Below, in pieces: positions 50,820-64,000 of a stretch of DNA of 64,000 nt (the stretch's first letter is position 1; each line of letters begins with the position of its first letter). The notes beneath the pieces were generated by a model that was given only the letters and a program-made list of their open reading frames with translations, made no database searches and had not been told where the DNA came from. Source of the stretch: Camelus ferus (Eukaryota); contig NC_045697.1 of NCBI RefSeq assembly GCF_009834535.1, forward strand, positions 46,626,001 to 46,690,000, in the 5' to 3' direction. Both the position numbers and the translations under genes were made by a program.

Positions 50820-53800
50820 CAGGAATCTGTAAACCTAAAAGGGATTCTGGAGTTTGCACACGCCTGGGGACAATAAAATTCCAACAAGCCAGAAAAGAAG
50901 GACCTTGCTGGTCACCATGGGCATTCAGCTGTCACCACAGAAAGGCTATGCCTTATATTATAGCCAGTCTAGCCCTGCATTATTCTGCAGATCACACCAG
51001 CCATAGTCCTACCCTAATGTTAAAAATTAGACTTGGAAGTGCCAATATGATCAAAAAGTAAAAAGAAAATTAATCATGTGCCAAAACAAAAAAGCATTCA
51101 TTAAAGAAATACAACAGACTACAGAATCAAAAATTCTAAACCAGTGAAGAAACTATAACCAGAAGAAACATCAGTCAATAAAAAACAGAACCACTAAGAA
51201 GCTACAGAGCTACAGTAAATAAGACAGTGTGGCATTATACAAATATAGACAAATAGATCAATAAAGTTGAATGGAAAGTCAAGAAGCAGGCCTATATATA
51301 TTTAGTTCCTGGATTTATGGTAAATGTAAAACTGCAGTGCAGCAGGGAAATAATAATATGTTATCAATAAATAAGTCAATCAGATATTTATATAAATAAA
51401 TATTACCCTACATTATATTAGACAAAAAAAAATTCTATTCCAGATGGACTCTACATCTAATTTTGAAAATATGACAATTTAAAATTCTATGGGGAAAAAA
51501 AACAGAATTATTTCTTGATGATTTTAGGATATGCAAAGTTCCCCTAAACTGGAAACTAACCATAAAAGGAAACAAAAATAGCATTAACCACAAATGAAAG
51601 GAAAAATTTCCATTGGAATGCATTAAAATTAAGAACTTCTGCTCATCCAAAGACAAAAGGAACAAAAATACCAGCCACAGAATGAAAGTACTTTTAATAA
51701 ATCTAACAACAAATTTGCATTCAGAATGTATAAACATTTCTAAAGATCAATGAGGCAGACAACCTAACAAAAAAAACTAAATGCCAGAAGACTTGAACAG
51801 GCACTTTACAAAATAGGACATAAAAATGGTAAACAAACATATGAAAAGTATTCAATTTCAATAGTCATCAGGCAAATGCAAATTAAAACTACCATAAGGA
51901 ATTTCACTTCTGGTGTGGAAAAATAAGAATCTAATAAACTGATCCTTCCACAAATATTATCAATAAACTTTAGACAAAATATAAATAGAAAAAAAAAAAA
52001 AACAACTAACTGAAGGCCCTGGAGACTAAACAGAAGCACCTGGATTTTAGAAATCATAACTTAGAGTAAGTGTTCATTATAGAGTGAGTTAAATTTATTT
52101 TAACTTTTCCCTGAGAGCAGCTGAAGTTGAAGCGGGGCATACAAGGCCAAAATGGCTATACAAAGCCTGTAGTCTTTCCGCATAGAATAAACAAGGTACT
52201 TCCCCTGGCATAAGAACCAACAAGTGAGAGGGAGCCATGGAAATCAGAGAAAAAGAACTCCAAGAAATGTGTTTAAACTTAGCCCAGGTCTCTGGCTGAT
52301 CCCTAAACTATATACGTATATGGTAAACCAAAAGCAGCTTGCAGCTGAGACCCGGAGGACTGAAATGAGATTTGAACTGCTGCCCCCACAGTTATATCAC
52401 ACTGCACAGCTAGTTGATATGGAAACAAAAGCACCAACAGTCTTTAGTGCAACAAAACCCAAAGTCTCCACAAAAGAATATTCAAAATGTTCAGGGCATA
52501 ATCCAAAATTACTCAACATATAAAGAGAGGGAGAATATGACCCAGTCTCAAAGGAAGCAACAGTCAACAGACAAAGCCCACTGTACACATGTTGGATTGG
52601 CAGACAAAGGCTTTAAGGAAACTATATAATTATGCCCAGTGAAATAAGAGAGAATACACTTATAATGAATTAAAAGAGAGAAAAACTTAGAAACAGGACA
52701 TATAATAAAGAACCAAATGGAAACTTCAGATCTGAAATATATCAAATCTGAAGGATGAAAAATATACTGGATTGGCTTAAGAGCTAATTAGATATGATAG
52801 ATGAAAGTTAGTAAACTTGAAGCAAAATCAAAAGAAATCAATTTTTTTAAAAAGAGAGAAAAAAGATTGAAAAAATTAAGTAAGAAACCAAAAGGACCTA
52901 CAGAAAATTTTCAAAAATACAACCAACATACAGTTAGGTGATATCTCAGAAGAAGAGGAGTGGGAAGATGAGCTATAAATTATTTCTGAGAAAATACTAG
53001 CAGAATTCTCAAATTTAGTGAAAGCTTATGAATGAACAGAATCAAGAAGTTCAAAAAAGGCCAATCAGAATTAATTTTAAGAAATTGATTCCTATATGCA
53101 AAATAAATCTAGTTTGTGAAAACCAAAGAAAGACAAAAATCTCAAAAAGCATACAGGAAAAAAAGATACATTATACACAAAGAACAACAACTGGAAAACA
53201 CAGACTTCTCATCAATAAACAATGGAACAACACCCTCAAGTTTTTGATACAAACCAAAACAGAATTAAAAAAAACAAGTTTTTAAAAGTAAACAGAATTT
53301 TATGTGCAACAAAATATAAATGAAATAAAGATGTAATAAGCTAAAGCCAAAAAAAAAAATACAATAAATACTAAGGGAAGTTTTCAACAAAAGTGAAATG
53401 ACACTAGAGGGAAACTTGACTCCTCAAGAATGAATGAAAAGCATCAGAATTTATGAATATGGGAATAAATGACAGTGAGGCACTATCTACATAACTACAC
53501 AATTATATCTATTTATATATTTATAAAACTATATAACTATATAGCTATATATGGAACTATATAGTTGATATGTTTCTACATTTTATATAAAATGGTACAA
53601 AATTAGGCCTACGATTAATACAAAAACTTAAGCACTTAAATTGTAATCCCTAAAGCAATCAATAAAAATATAATGCAGAGAGGGATAGCTCAAAAACAAT
53701 TAATTTAAATAGAATTCTGAAAAGTATTCAAGTGTCCAAAAGCAGGGAGGAACAGAATAAGAAAGGAAAAAAAACAAAACAGAAAGAGAAAAAACAATAT

Positions 53801-54030
53801 TAAAACTGTAAACCAAAACTCCATAATATCAATAAGTACATTAATTTTAATGAACTAAACATTTTAGTCAAAAGATAGAGAATGTTAAAATGGATAAAAC
53901 AGCAAAACCAACTGTATATCATCTTCAGAAGGTGATCTTTAAAATTAAGACAAAAGTTACACTGAGTGCAAATGGATGGAAAAAAATATTATGTGGTAAG
54001 CACAGGAAGGCTGGCCATATTAACCTGATG
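50820..54030 (+). mobile_element. Mosaic of old L1 pieces: ORF2 3' part at ~51210-51905; 5' UTR, ORF1 and ORF2 start at ~51905-54030
   Basis: aagacagtgtggcattat, aattaagaacttctgctcatccaaagac, ggcaaatgcaaattaaaactacc; ORF1-like aagaaccaaatggaaacttcagatctgaaa. Confidence 0.8.
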
Positions 54031-54039
54031 AAAAATATC

Positions 54040-56230
54040 CCATTTTGGTTTCACCCTACCCAGACCAGCAAAGCTGAGATATACAGACACAGCCAGGAAT
54101 AACAAAGGAAAACAGGAGCTATTAATAGCAGACACACAGCAGGAGCAATCAAGGTCCACAGAGACCCGCTCAAAAGATAAACTCAGCAGATTTTGCCACT
54201 GAAGAAGGAACCAAGGGCCAGCATTGCTGCCGACGACCCCCTGCAGATTTCACCAGCTTTCACCCCATGGGTATTCACACTGGTGGACCCCAACTACCTG
54301 ACTCCTTCCACTCCCTCCTCCTCTACCCCTGCCAGATCCCAAGGCCAGCACTAGCAACCAGCTCAGGTCTCTGAAGCTGGACAAGTACAAGACACCAGCT
54401 GCCTGACGGCTCCCTGGCCCTGCCAGGGCTCAGGAAACACACCAGCAGTCAGCTCAGGCCCCTGTGGCTGCATGAATGCATGACACCAGCTTACACAACT
54501 CCAGCTGAGGCCCACTGCTGTGCACGGGCCTCTCCAGCTGTGCACTGGCATGCCACCAGTGTGATGCCTGTCATTAGCCCCCACTACAGTGTACACTGTT
54601 GGGAGCTGAAAGAGCCACCACAGGAGAGCACACTGAGAGTCAGGGCCTTTGCAGCTGCCAGTAAGCCTGAAGCTAGCCCTGACCCCAGCGGCCTGCCCTG
54701 GCTGCACAAGCATGATTCTACAACCATCCCTTGCCACTACACGGGCCTGCACAGCTGGCCCCCAGAGCTGCGTGAGTACACCACCAGCTCTGCCCACCAC
54801 TGCTGTCTGCGCTGGTCCCTTGCCACTGGAGCTACACATATTGCCGAGGACCCCAACAGCCCTTGTAATCACTGTGGACCACTTGCAGTTCTCACCAAGG
54901 ACCTCACAGCTGTCCATGCTGTGGACCCCAGCGGCCTGAGCTGATAAGACATCATGTCCCCTTGGAATGAGTGCTGCCACATACCCTTACATTTTGCACT
55001 GTTAGACCCAGCATCACAGCATGCTCAGCATGTCTCCCACTTGCATGTAAAAGTCTTCCCTTACAGAAGTCAGTCTCTAAAGTCTGTAAGAGATAACTGC
55101 TTTTTCAAATGTGCAGACACCTACCTGCAAGGCAATAGGGAACAAAACAAATCAGAGGTAACAGGACTCTACCAAAGGAATAAAGTAAATCTAAACCTGC
55201 AGTCACTGTCCCCAAAGAAATGGAGATCCAGAAATTACAAGACAAAGAATTCAAAATAAGTGTTCTACTGATGCCCAGAGAGTCATAAGAAAACACAAAC
55301 AATTTAATGGTATCAGGATAACAATACAGCAATAAAATGAAAGTTAAACAAAAAAAAATAAACAAAATAAAGAAGAAACAAACAGAAATTCTGGAGCTGA
55401 AAAATAAAATGACTGAACTAAAGAATTCAATAGAGAGCTCCAATATGAGCCTTGACCATGCAGAAGAAAACAATCAGTATACTAGAAGACAGACTAGCAG
55501 AAACTATTCAATCAGAGGAGCAAAAAGAAAACAAGAATGAAAGGAATGAAGAAAGCCTACAGGACTTATAGGACACTATGAAGAGGAATAATGTATGATG
55601 ACTGGAGTCCCAGAAGGAGAAGAGAAGAGAAAGGGCTGGAAAGCTCATCTAAAGAAATAAGGGCTGAGACCTTCCCAAACCTGGGAAGAGAACCGGATAT
55701 TAAGATCATAATAATAGGTCCCTCCCAAAATTTCAATCCAAAACAACGTTCTCTAAGATACATTAAAATAAAACTGTCTAAAAATCAAATAAAAAGAAAG
55801 ACTTCTAAAAGCAGCAAGAGGAAAAAAAATAATTCTCTCATACCAGGGAAACCCATAAGGCTATCAGTGGATTTCTCAACACAGACCTTGCAGACCAGGA
55901 TAGAATCAAATTATATACCCAAAGTGCTGAAAGAAGAAAACTGCCAACCAAAAATACTTTACCCAACAAATCTGTCCTTCAGAAACGAAGGCCAGATTAA
56001 AAAATGTCCCTGATAAGCAAAAGCTGAACCACTAAACTTGCCTTCCAAGAAATACAGAAAGTTCTTCAAGCTGAAATGAAAGGATCCTGATAAGTAACAG
56101 AAAAATACATGAAAACATACAACACCCTGGTGAAGATACACACATAGTCAGATTCCAAATACTCCAGTACTTCAGCATGGTGATGTGTTAACACTTAGCT
56201 CCAATACAAAGGTTAAAAGGCCAAAGTATT
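54040..56230 (+). mobile_element. L1 GC-rich 5' UTR, ORF1 (disrupted) and inter-ORF
   Basis: ORFs 55337-55540 (QTEILELKNKMTELKNSIES) and 55591-56013 (EIRAETFPNL, PIRLSVDFSTQTLQ, CQPKILYPTNLSFRNEGQIK) are L1 ORF1p. Confidence 0.93.
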
Positions 56231-56234
56231 ATAA

Positions 56235-57020
56235 ACATATGGAAAGATGCTTAACATTACTACTCATCAGAGAAATGAAGTCAAAATCACAACAGCATCT
56301 CACACCCATTATGATGGTTACAATTAAAACAAAACAAAACAAAACCAGAAAATAACAAGTATTGGTGAGGACACAGGGGAGTTGGGACTCTTGTGCACTG
56401 TTGATAGGACAGTAAAATCATGCACTTGCTATGGAAAACAGTATGGAGATTCCTCAAAAAATTAAAATTAGAACTATCTTGTGACCCAGCAATCCTATTT
56501 GTGGATATATAACCAAAAGAACTGAAAGTGTCTCAAAAGATATTTGCATACCCATTTTCACAGCAGTATTATTCATAACAGAGGAGAGGTGGAAGAAACC
56601 CAAGTATCCAGTGATGGAGGAATGGATAAACAAAATATAGTATGCACAGACAGTAGAATTTTATTCAGTATTAAAAAGGAAGGAAATCCTGTCACATTCT
56701 GCAACATGGACAAACCCCGAAGACATCATGCTAAGTGAAATGTCCATCACAAAAAGATAAATATAGTGCGCTTCCTCTCTTACTACTATTTTATTAAAGT
56801 AGTCAAATTCAGGACACAGAAAGTAGAGTGATGGTTACCAGGGGCTCAGGGGAGAGGGAAAAGGGATGTTTTTAATGGATGTAGAGTTTCAGTTTTGCTA
56901 GGTGAAAAAGTTCTGGAGATTTGTTTCACAACAATGTGAACATACTACTAAACAGTACACTTAAAAACGGTTAAGATGCTAAATTTTGTGTTATGTGTTT
57001 TTTACCACAATAAAAAAAAT
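56235..57020 (+). mobile_element. L1MA/MB-like ORF2 end and 3' UTR
   Basis: ctatggaaaacagtatggagattcctcaaaaaattaaaattagaactatc...tttttaccacaataaaaaaaat. Confidence 0.92.
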
Positions 57021-57479
57021 GCAAACATAATCTGTGATAATTAATCACATGGGTTTGTTTGTGTGTTAGGAATGTCTGTGAGGAGCACCTCACAGGTGCT
57101 GGCAGTGTTCTGTATCTTCATGGACGTGCTGGTTACACAAAGAGCACTAAATCTGTGAAACATTAACATTTTCATTTATTATTTGTGTACTTTTCTCTGT
57201 GTATATTAAAATTCAATAGAAAATTAAAAGTCAGTAAATGTTTGCTTAAAATAAAAATAAGTAAGAAATGAACCACTGCATCATATTAATTAATTTGCAC
57301 GTTTTCCATTTTTCCTCTAAGACAAAAGAAAAATATAAGCTATACAATTACTCACTGGTTAAAACATCACTGAATAACTCAAGTTCACATTTAAAAAAGA
57401 AAGTCTCATATCCCTCATGCCTAGATCCTTTCTGGTTCAGTTTCTCCAGAAAACAAATTATCTATTTCCAGAAAGGTAG

Positions 57480-57790
57480 ATAAGGGTTAACTGTCTGACT
57501 ACCTGGCTGGGGAGAGAAGGAAGAAGTAAGGAGGGCAAAAATCTAGATTTGTTACTATTTCTTAGATGGACTTTCAAATAGTATCTTTGATTTTATCTCT
57601 TTTCTCCACTCTTGCTTCCTTTGGTATCAGGTTCTTCCAATTTCTGAGGTTTTTCTGGAATTATTCTGGGAAAATCAGTTGTATTTTGGAAGTGCTTCAC
57701 TGGTGAGGTGCACTGAAGATGGATGTTCCTCGATTCTGCTAAATCAGTTATCTCTCCTCCAATCTGCTTGGGTTATAAGTGCCTCTCATT
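57480..57790 (-). mobile_element. Possible HAL1/L1ME 5' fragment
   Basis: gattctgctaaatcagttatctctcctccaatctgct motif. Confidence 0.4.
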
Positions 57791-58439
57791 TCTCTTTACT
57801 GAGATTCAATTTAAAAACAATGTTCTCAGAACATATATGATATCTTTCCTGGAAGTGTTCAAGGCAGGTAGTGTTTTAGGAATATTTGTGGTTCAGAGTT
57901 TAAAGAATTTATTTTTTTCCTAATACCAACAAGGGAAAAAAATCAAAGCACAGAATTAGATGTCTCCAAAATCATATGATTTGGAGCTGTATCAGCTGCA
58001 AATAAAGGTGACAGCTAACACATAGTCTGGTAACTGATCCATCATCTAAATGGCTTTCTATGCTTTAACAATTATCTGGTTTTTTTTAACCATTATCTGT
58101 TATAGCTTACAATTTGTTTTGTCTTCATGAGAATCTAAATAAAGCCTGATTAAATAATACACATGCATTTTATAAAACCTCTTTATCCTAAAACATATTT
58201 GCACTAGCCAAGCAAATTATTCTATGTCTCTTGTTACATTAATTAATGATCAGAAACAATTTCCAAATCATAGGTCAAATATTTTTAAGTAGTAGAGTTT
58301 GCTGTTCTATCAATTTCCATTGGCATGAACACCAAAACATTTTAATGTAAGAACAAAGTTAGACTGGGTAAAACAACTAACAAATAAACAATGAACACTC
58401 TCTCGCCATCTCAAAAAAATACAGTTGTTCTTTGGTCCT

Positions 58440-58910
58440 TAAAGAAATTCAAGTGCAATGGATATTTACTGAGTTGCTTTTATGTACTAGGTACTGTCCT
58501 AAATACTATATACACAAAGATTAGGAACCTAACCTTGATCCAGAGAATCATGTAAACTGTGTAAGATAAAATATTAAGCTTTGGGAATGCTTTGATCAGC
58601 TGTGGGGGAGCCAGAAAACTTCTTGGATAAAATGATCCAAATCGTTCAGACGTTTGAAGGATGAGTATTAGCCTGATAAAGAAACAACAAAAAGGAATTC
58701 AAGAAAGAAGAAATTATAAACAAAACAATGGAGGCATAAAATAGGAGTACATAGAACAAAAGTATTTGATAAAGATACCGATTATATTTTATTTCATTGA
58801 ACTGGTGCTTATGACTTGCCTACTATGTACCAGATCCTGTACTAGGCAGTGAGAAGCTAACAGTGACAAGGATAAACATCTCCCTACCCTCATGGGGCTT
58901 AGGACATTCT
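58440..58910 (-). mobile_element. L2 3' fragments
   Basis: atatttactgagttgcttttatgtactaggtactgtcctaa and cctactatgtaccagatcctgtactaggcagtgag. Confidence 0.7.
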
Positions 58911-61188
58911 ATTTTCTTGAGGAATTTTAGTTTCTTGATTACTTTAAGTCCACTGTTTCAGTTATAAGTTAACATCTGTTTAATAAGTTAACATACTGAG
59001 GAGAAGATATAATTATCATCACATAAGACTGGAAACATGATTTAATTAGAGTTGTTACATCAATTTTTAAAAATTGACCTAATGAAAGGCTTGGCTCTGG
59101 GGATGGAGAAGAATCAGGAAACTTAGGAAGAACTGTTTTATTTTCAAAGAAATATCATACTTTATCAAATATAACTCCAAAAAGATATAACATCAACATA
59201 AGTTATTTAGTATTATCTAAAATTAATTACTATAAATAATTCTTATAAGGACTGAAGAATTTAGTCAATCTCCTTAATTGTTGATTGTGCCTTATTACCA
59301 CTATAGAAACTCTTTAATAACCAATTTGGCAAAACAATGTGACTATGAATAGTTAGAAACAACTGGTAATTAGAATTGTACTAATCACTGCTTTTGAGGT
59401 AAACAGGAAAATTGACAAGGCTGATAGACATTTTATTAACACATATTTACAAACCATATATTGACATATATGAATCAGTGCTGAGCTTGTCACTTATTCG
59501 TCAACCTGGTTAACATTTGTGAGTTTTAGTTTCAAAATAGGTTCTGTGGAGCAAATTTATATAGCTTTTATTTATAACCGCTATACCAAACACCCTTAGG
59601 GCTTCTGTTTGACTAAGCCAATTGTGGTCTCTGGAATCAGATTTGGATGCTACATGGCAATCGGACGTGAGAGAAACAACTGCATGTGAACAGTAACATG
59701 TCTATGTTAATATGGATACCTTAGATACAGTAAGTATATCACACTAGAAAGAGATCATTGTCAAAAGTTAAATTGATTTCAGATTTAAACTGAGTTAGTA
59801 AAAAGGAACAACCATTTTTAAAAGTCACAAAATGTTATCATACAAAAGTAAAACTTTGCTCGAAAGTTGCTAGTCATCTCAGCCTAATCAAGGCAGCATT
59901 TATCAAGGCGCATAGATGCTTTAAGCCACAAAACAGTAAGCCTCACAACAGGGAAAGGTATGGACTTTCAACTGTGATGGCATGTACAGCAGATGACTGC
60001 AATAAGCAGGGAGAAGTGTTCTGTGTGGTGCTGCTGTGATAAATATTCATGGAACGGAAGATACTTAAACCAGAGCAGTAAGCTCTCTTGTCACCACTTG
60101 AGTTTTGATCTGTCTCCACTGTCTGGAAATGTACATGCTGCAAAATTCAGGGAACTGTGTCTAAAAAAGAAATGTGGTTTTATCATCTGTCCACCTCCCA
60201 TCTTACCCATTACAGCATACATTATCACATCATTTACTTATCAGTTCTTCATCTTCTCTTCATTATCTCTTTTGAATACAAATGTCATACATTATGTGTC
60301 TATATTAAATTTCAATCTGAAAAAAATTTCAGTGTTTATCATACTAGCAAGTAAATGAGATTTCTGTGTTTCAGTGAAAGAAGGGATGTGATGTCATTAC
60401 ATAAACTGCAATCTGAAGTTACTTATGGACAGGGATTTTTTTTATTATTATTATTGTTCCTGGTTTAGTGACTATAAAATAATACTAACATATTTATCAC
60501 CCAGAGGAAAGTGCCCTTACTGATTAGAAAACTGCAGAATCATTGTATATAAAAAATCAATCTCCCAAATATTTGAAAATACATGTAAGATTTTGTCTGT
60601 TCTGAAGAATTCTACAAAAAGTGTTGAGACGAGGCCGATATGAGTAAATATAAAACTTGCTCAAAAGAGCACAAGAACCTTAGGTTAAGTGTGGTTAAAT
60701 GTGACGCCAAAATGTGGTATAATTAGTTACCCATCACTAAAACAGGTGAGCCATCTCAAAGATAATCAACATAGATGCATTTCTCTACTGTGCAAAGTCA
60801 CCTAATGTGACCTAACGTCTCCCAATAAAAGATCAACATTATCCTTATCTATACAATGCTGAGACAGATGTTTCCTCCACCATGAATCATTTCCAACTAG
60901 TAATTAATAACAGAGGTAGAGAAGAGAAATCTAAAAATGCTGTTAGGAATATATTCGTTTTACAGATGGAGAAAGTGAGGTAAACAGAACTATAAAACTT
61001 AAGAGATAAGAGGGAGTTTAGGGATAATTTAATGAAAGCTCCTCATTTAATAATTAAATGAAAATATTACTGACCATGGAAGTTAAGTATTTAGTCCAAA
61101 GATATGTGTTAAATAAACTGAAATTAATCAGACTAGGACTAATAGAAGTCTTTGACAATTTAGTATATTATTAAATTTCACATAATTA

Positions 61189-61649
61189 CAGGCACAACTT
61201 TGAGATATTGTGGATTTGGTTTCAGATCACCGCAATAAAGCAAATATTGCAATAAAGCAAGTCATAAGAATTTTTTGGCTTCCCAGTGCACATAAAAGTA
61301 ATGTTTACACTACATTGTAGTCTATTCATTGCACAATAGCATTATGTCTAAAAAAGTGCATATCTTAATTTAAAAATACTTTATTGCTAAAAAATGTTAA
61401 CTATCATGAGTCTTTAGCAACTTACGGAAGTAGATCAAAGATCACTGATCACAGATCACCATAACAAATATAATGATAGTTTAAAAGTTGAAATATTGTG
61501 AGAATTACCAAAATGTGACACCCAGACCAAGTGAGCAAATGCTGATGGAAAATGGTGCCGAAACACTTTTGTTCAACAGAGGTTGCCACAAAGCTTCAAT
61601 TTGTAAACAGTGCAGTATCTGTGAAGCAGAACAAAACAAAGTATGCCTG
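61189..61649 (-). mobile_element. Internally deleted Tigger1 (Tc1/mariner) element with both termini
   Basis: ta|caggcacaactttgagatattgtggatttggtttcagatcaccgcaataaagc ... acaaaacaaagtatgcctg; both ends match Tigger1 termini, about 460 bp, no transposase. Confidence 0.92.
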
Positions 61650-62939
61650 TTTCTAGTTTATTCTGGATATTCTGACCTATGTATGAGATCCTTTACTAGC
61701 TTAGAACCATTTTCTTAAATACTAAAAATACGGTTAAATCAACTATAAGGTGGTAAGGTCACAAACCAAAAAGGCAAGTTAAAATTTTAATTTCAGAATC
61801 AAGGCTCAGTCCAGCTCAGGAGGACACATGGATCCATGGAAAACATTTGACAACCTGAACACACTTTCTGTGCTTCATTTCATTTAGTCTAGAATTTTCC
61901 GAGATCTGGCTCTGATTAAAGAAAGCATGAGAAGGGGCATCTGGAGAGGTCCATTCAGAAATGAAAAACATAATTCTCCTTCTCCACTAATTTCATTTTA
62001 ATGTTAGATCAAATTAAGTTTCAGTTAGGAGTATAAGGAGGATTCAGTAAATAACTACAGTGCAGATTTTTTATTCTTTTTTTTGACACAAATCACTCTG
62101 TTATCACAGAAGCAAGCAAGTAATGCCTATGGAGCATGGCCTTCTCCCTTTGTTTCATATCTAAATTTAATTTGTCAGCCTTGCCAAGTTTTAGCAGTGA
62201 TTCCAGAAGCTGCTTGAAAGGCACCAAATTATACGCCACAAAAGAATGGAACTCATTATGTGTTTTGCCTTCTTGTTCCTTTCTTCACTAAAAGATAATT
62301 GCTTCATTCTGATTTCCATGCCCTATTTTCTTGGAATTTCCCCTTTCTTCACCACTGGCTTCCAATTGTTTGCCAAGACTTCAGAACATCAAAACTTGAC
62401 CAAACACTATGTCAATCTTCAGAGATGCATTTCTATTCATCAGGAAGTAAAGAGTTTTTGTTCTGAACCAAACATTCACTGATGAACAGTTTACTTTAAA
62501 CATCCCATTGTACAAAAACGTCTGCTATCTTCATGCCCCAAGCTTTAAGGCTAGGCCCTAGGCAAAGCAAGAAACTTGCTGAATGGAAGCCTACAAGGAA
62601 GATTAGGAAAAAAAAACCTTTTAACAATAATTTTTAGAGGACTAAAGAGAATTAGGAAAGCTCAGTCAGTTTCTGACATTTGATGATTTTATATAAATTT
62701 GTACATGATGGAGCCCAGATGCTAAGTTACAACAGTCTAAGTGCTAAGTGCTAATATCACTTGGGCTGTTCAAATAATCATTTGCATTTTTAAAAATCTC
62801 TGAAACTAAACCTGGTGCTTATTAGTGATATTATCTAAAATTCATTTGAATAACTTACACTTATGCCTACCAAAGCTGTGCAATTCAGTATGTTTTATTA
62901 ACTGGAATCCTAATTCTTCTAAAAATAGAGTGTGTTTAG

Positions 62940-63403
62940 TATGAGTGTTTCTAGCAGCATTATTTACAACAGTCAAAAGGTGGAAACAATCCAAATGCCC
63001 ATGATGGATGAATGGATTTGTGGTATATACATACAATGGAAATTACTGTCTTAAAGAAATGAAATTTTGATCCAGGCTATACTATAGATGAACCTTGAAG
63101 ACACTATGCCAAGTGAAATAAGCTAGACACTAAAGGACAGATATAGTCTGATTCCACTTATGTGAGGTACCTAGAGTGGTCAAACTCATAGAGACTAAAA
63201 GCAGAATGGTAGTTGCCAGGGGATGGGGGAGGGAGAAGTGAGAAGTTATTGTTTAGCAGGTACAGAGTTCCAGTTTGGGAAAATGGAAAGTTCTAGAGAT
63301 GGATGGTGGTAGTTGCACAACAATGTAAATATACTTAATGCCATTGAACTGTACACTTAAAAAGATAAATTTCATTTTACATATATTTTGCCACAATTTT
63401 TAA
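62940..63403 (+). mobile_element. 5'-truncated L1MB-like 3' end with TSD
   Basis: agcagcattatttacaacagtcaaaaggtggaaacaatccaaatg...ttgccacaattttt. Direct repeat agtgtgttta at 62929-62938 and 63404-63413. Confidence 0.92.
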
Positions 63404-63509
63404 AGTGTGTTTAATTATTAATAAAGCTTTACATTTTAAAACTCCCTCATTCTAATAGTAACTGCTATAATTACATGCCATGCTTTAGCAAGGTAGATAA
63501 TATAAATTA

Positions 63510-63610
63510 TCTTCTTTTCATAGATGGAGGAAATGAGATACAGGATAGTAAGTTCAGTAAAACCTCAGAAGCCATCAGAGTCTAAATTAGAACAGGGTTC
63601 TCTGATCCTT
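63510..63610 (-). mobile_element. MIR fragment
   Basis: ttttcatagatggaggaaatgagatacagg...ttagaacagggttctctgatcc. Confidence 0.55.
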
Positions 63611-64000
63611 CTATCTTTCCAGCATAAGAAATTATGCTCATAACTCAAAATGTAAGACTCATCTTTTTGTGAAATTGAAGTTGGCCATGTGTTCTCTCCT
63701 GATTCTTCCCTTTGGACCACAAATTAGACCAATGACTAATTCCGTATACTTCATGCATTAACTCAAAGGCAGCGCCCATTCCCATTTCTTCCCAATGCCC
63801 AGCCCACTGTCCTGAAACTTTATCCAGACTCTCCCACACTGGGATAAACTATGGATCTTCCCTGCTCTCTCACCCAATCTTGTCCATACGTCTCAAGCCA
63901 AGCTGCTCTGGCCTCCTTCTGCCTAGATGAATCTAATAAATTAAACTGGTTCAATTACAAATGAATAATGACATGATAAAATAGTGATCCTTCCATAAAA

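Noticed and set aside
54363..54980. Longest ORFs in the track (205 aa on -, 154 aa on +)
   Set aside because: They lie in the GC-rich L1 5' UTR, where several frames stay open by composition; no protein motif.
55591..56013. 140-aa ORF as a host gene
   Set aside because: It is a fragment of L1 ORF1p.

Overview
AT-rich mammalian genomic DNA, most likely from a camelid, judged from two tRNA-Ala-derived Vic-1-type SINEs and an artiodactyl-type L1 3' end. Roughly half the window is decayed transposable elements: L1, L2, MIR, MLT1/ERVL/ERV1 LTRs and Tigger1. I see no intact protein-coding gene, and the supplied ORFs are either chance or fragments. The main result is a chain of about 11-14 splice-site-flanked, mostly phase-compatible exon remnants on the + strand, in the unique DNA between the repeats (25 to ~39,000; the 5' end lies upstream of the window). 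Joined by hand, they give a protein with many stops and frameshifts. It has an N-terminal GT8-like (glycogenin/galactinol-synthase type) domain, then a GT34-like (Mnn10/Gma12/XXT type) domain, then a C-terminal region I do not recognise. It looks like a decayed intron-containing, possibly unitary, pseudogene of a two-domain glycosyltransferase that matches no mammalian gene I know. Family assignments come from by-eye motif comparison with remembered sequences and need profile searches to confirm. Repeat boundaries and subfamily names are approximate.
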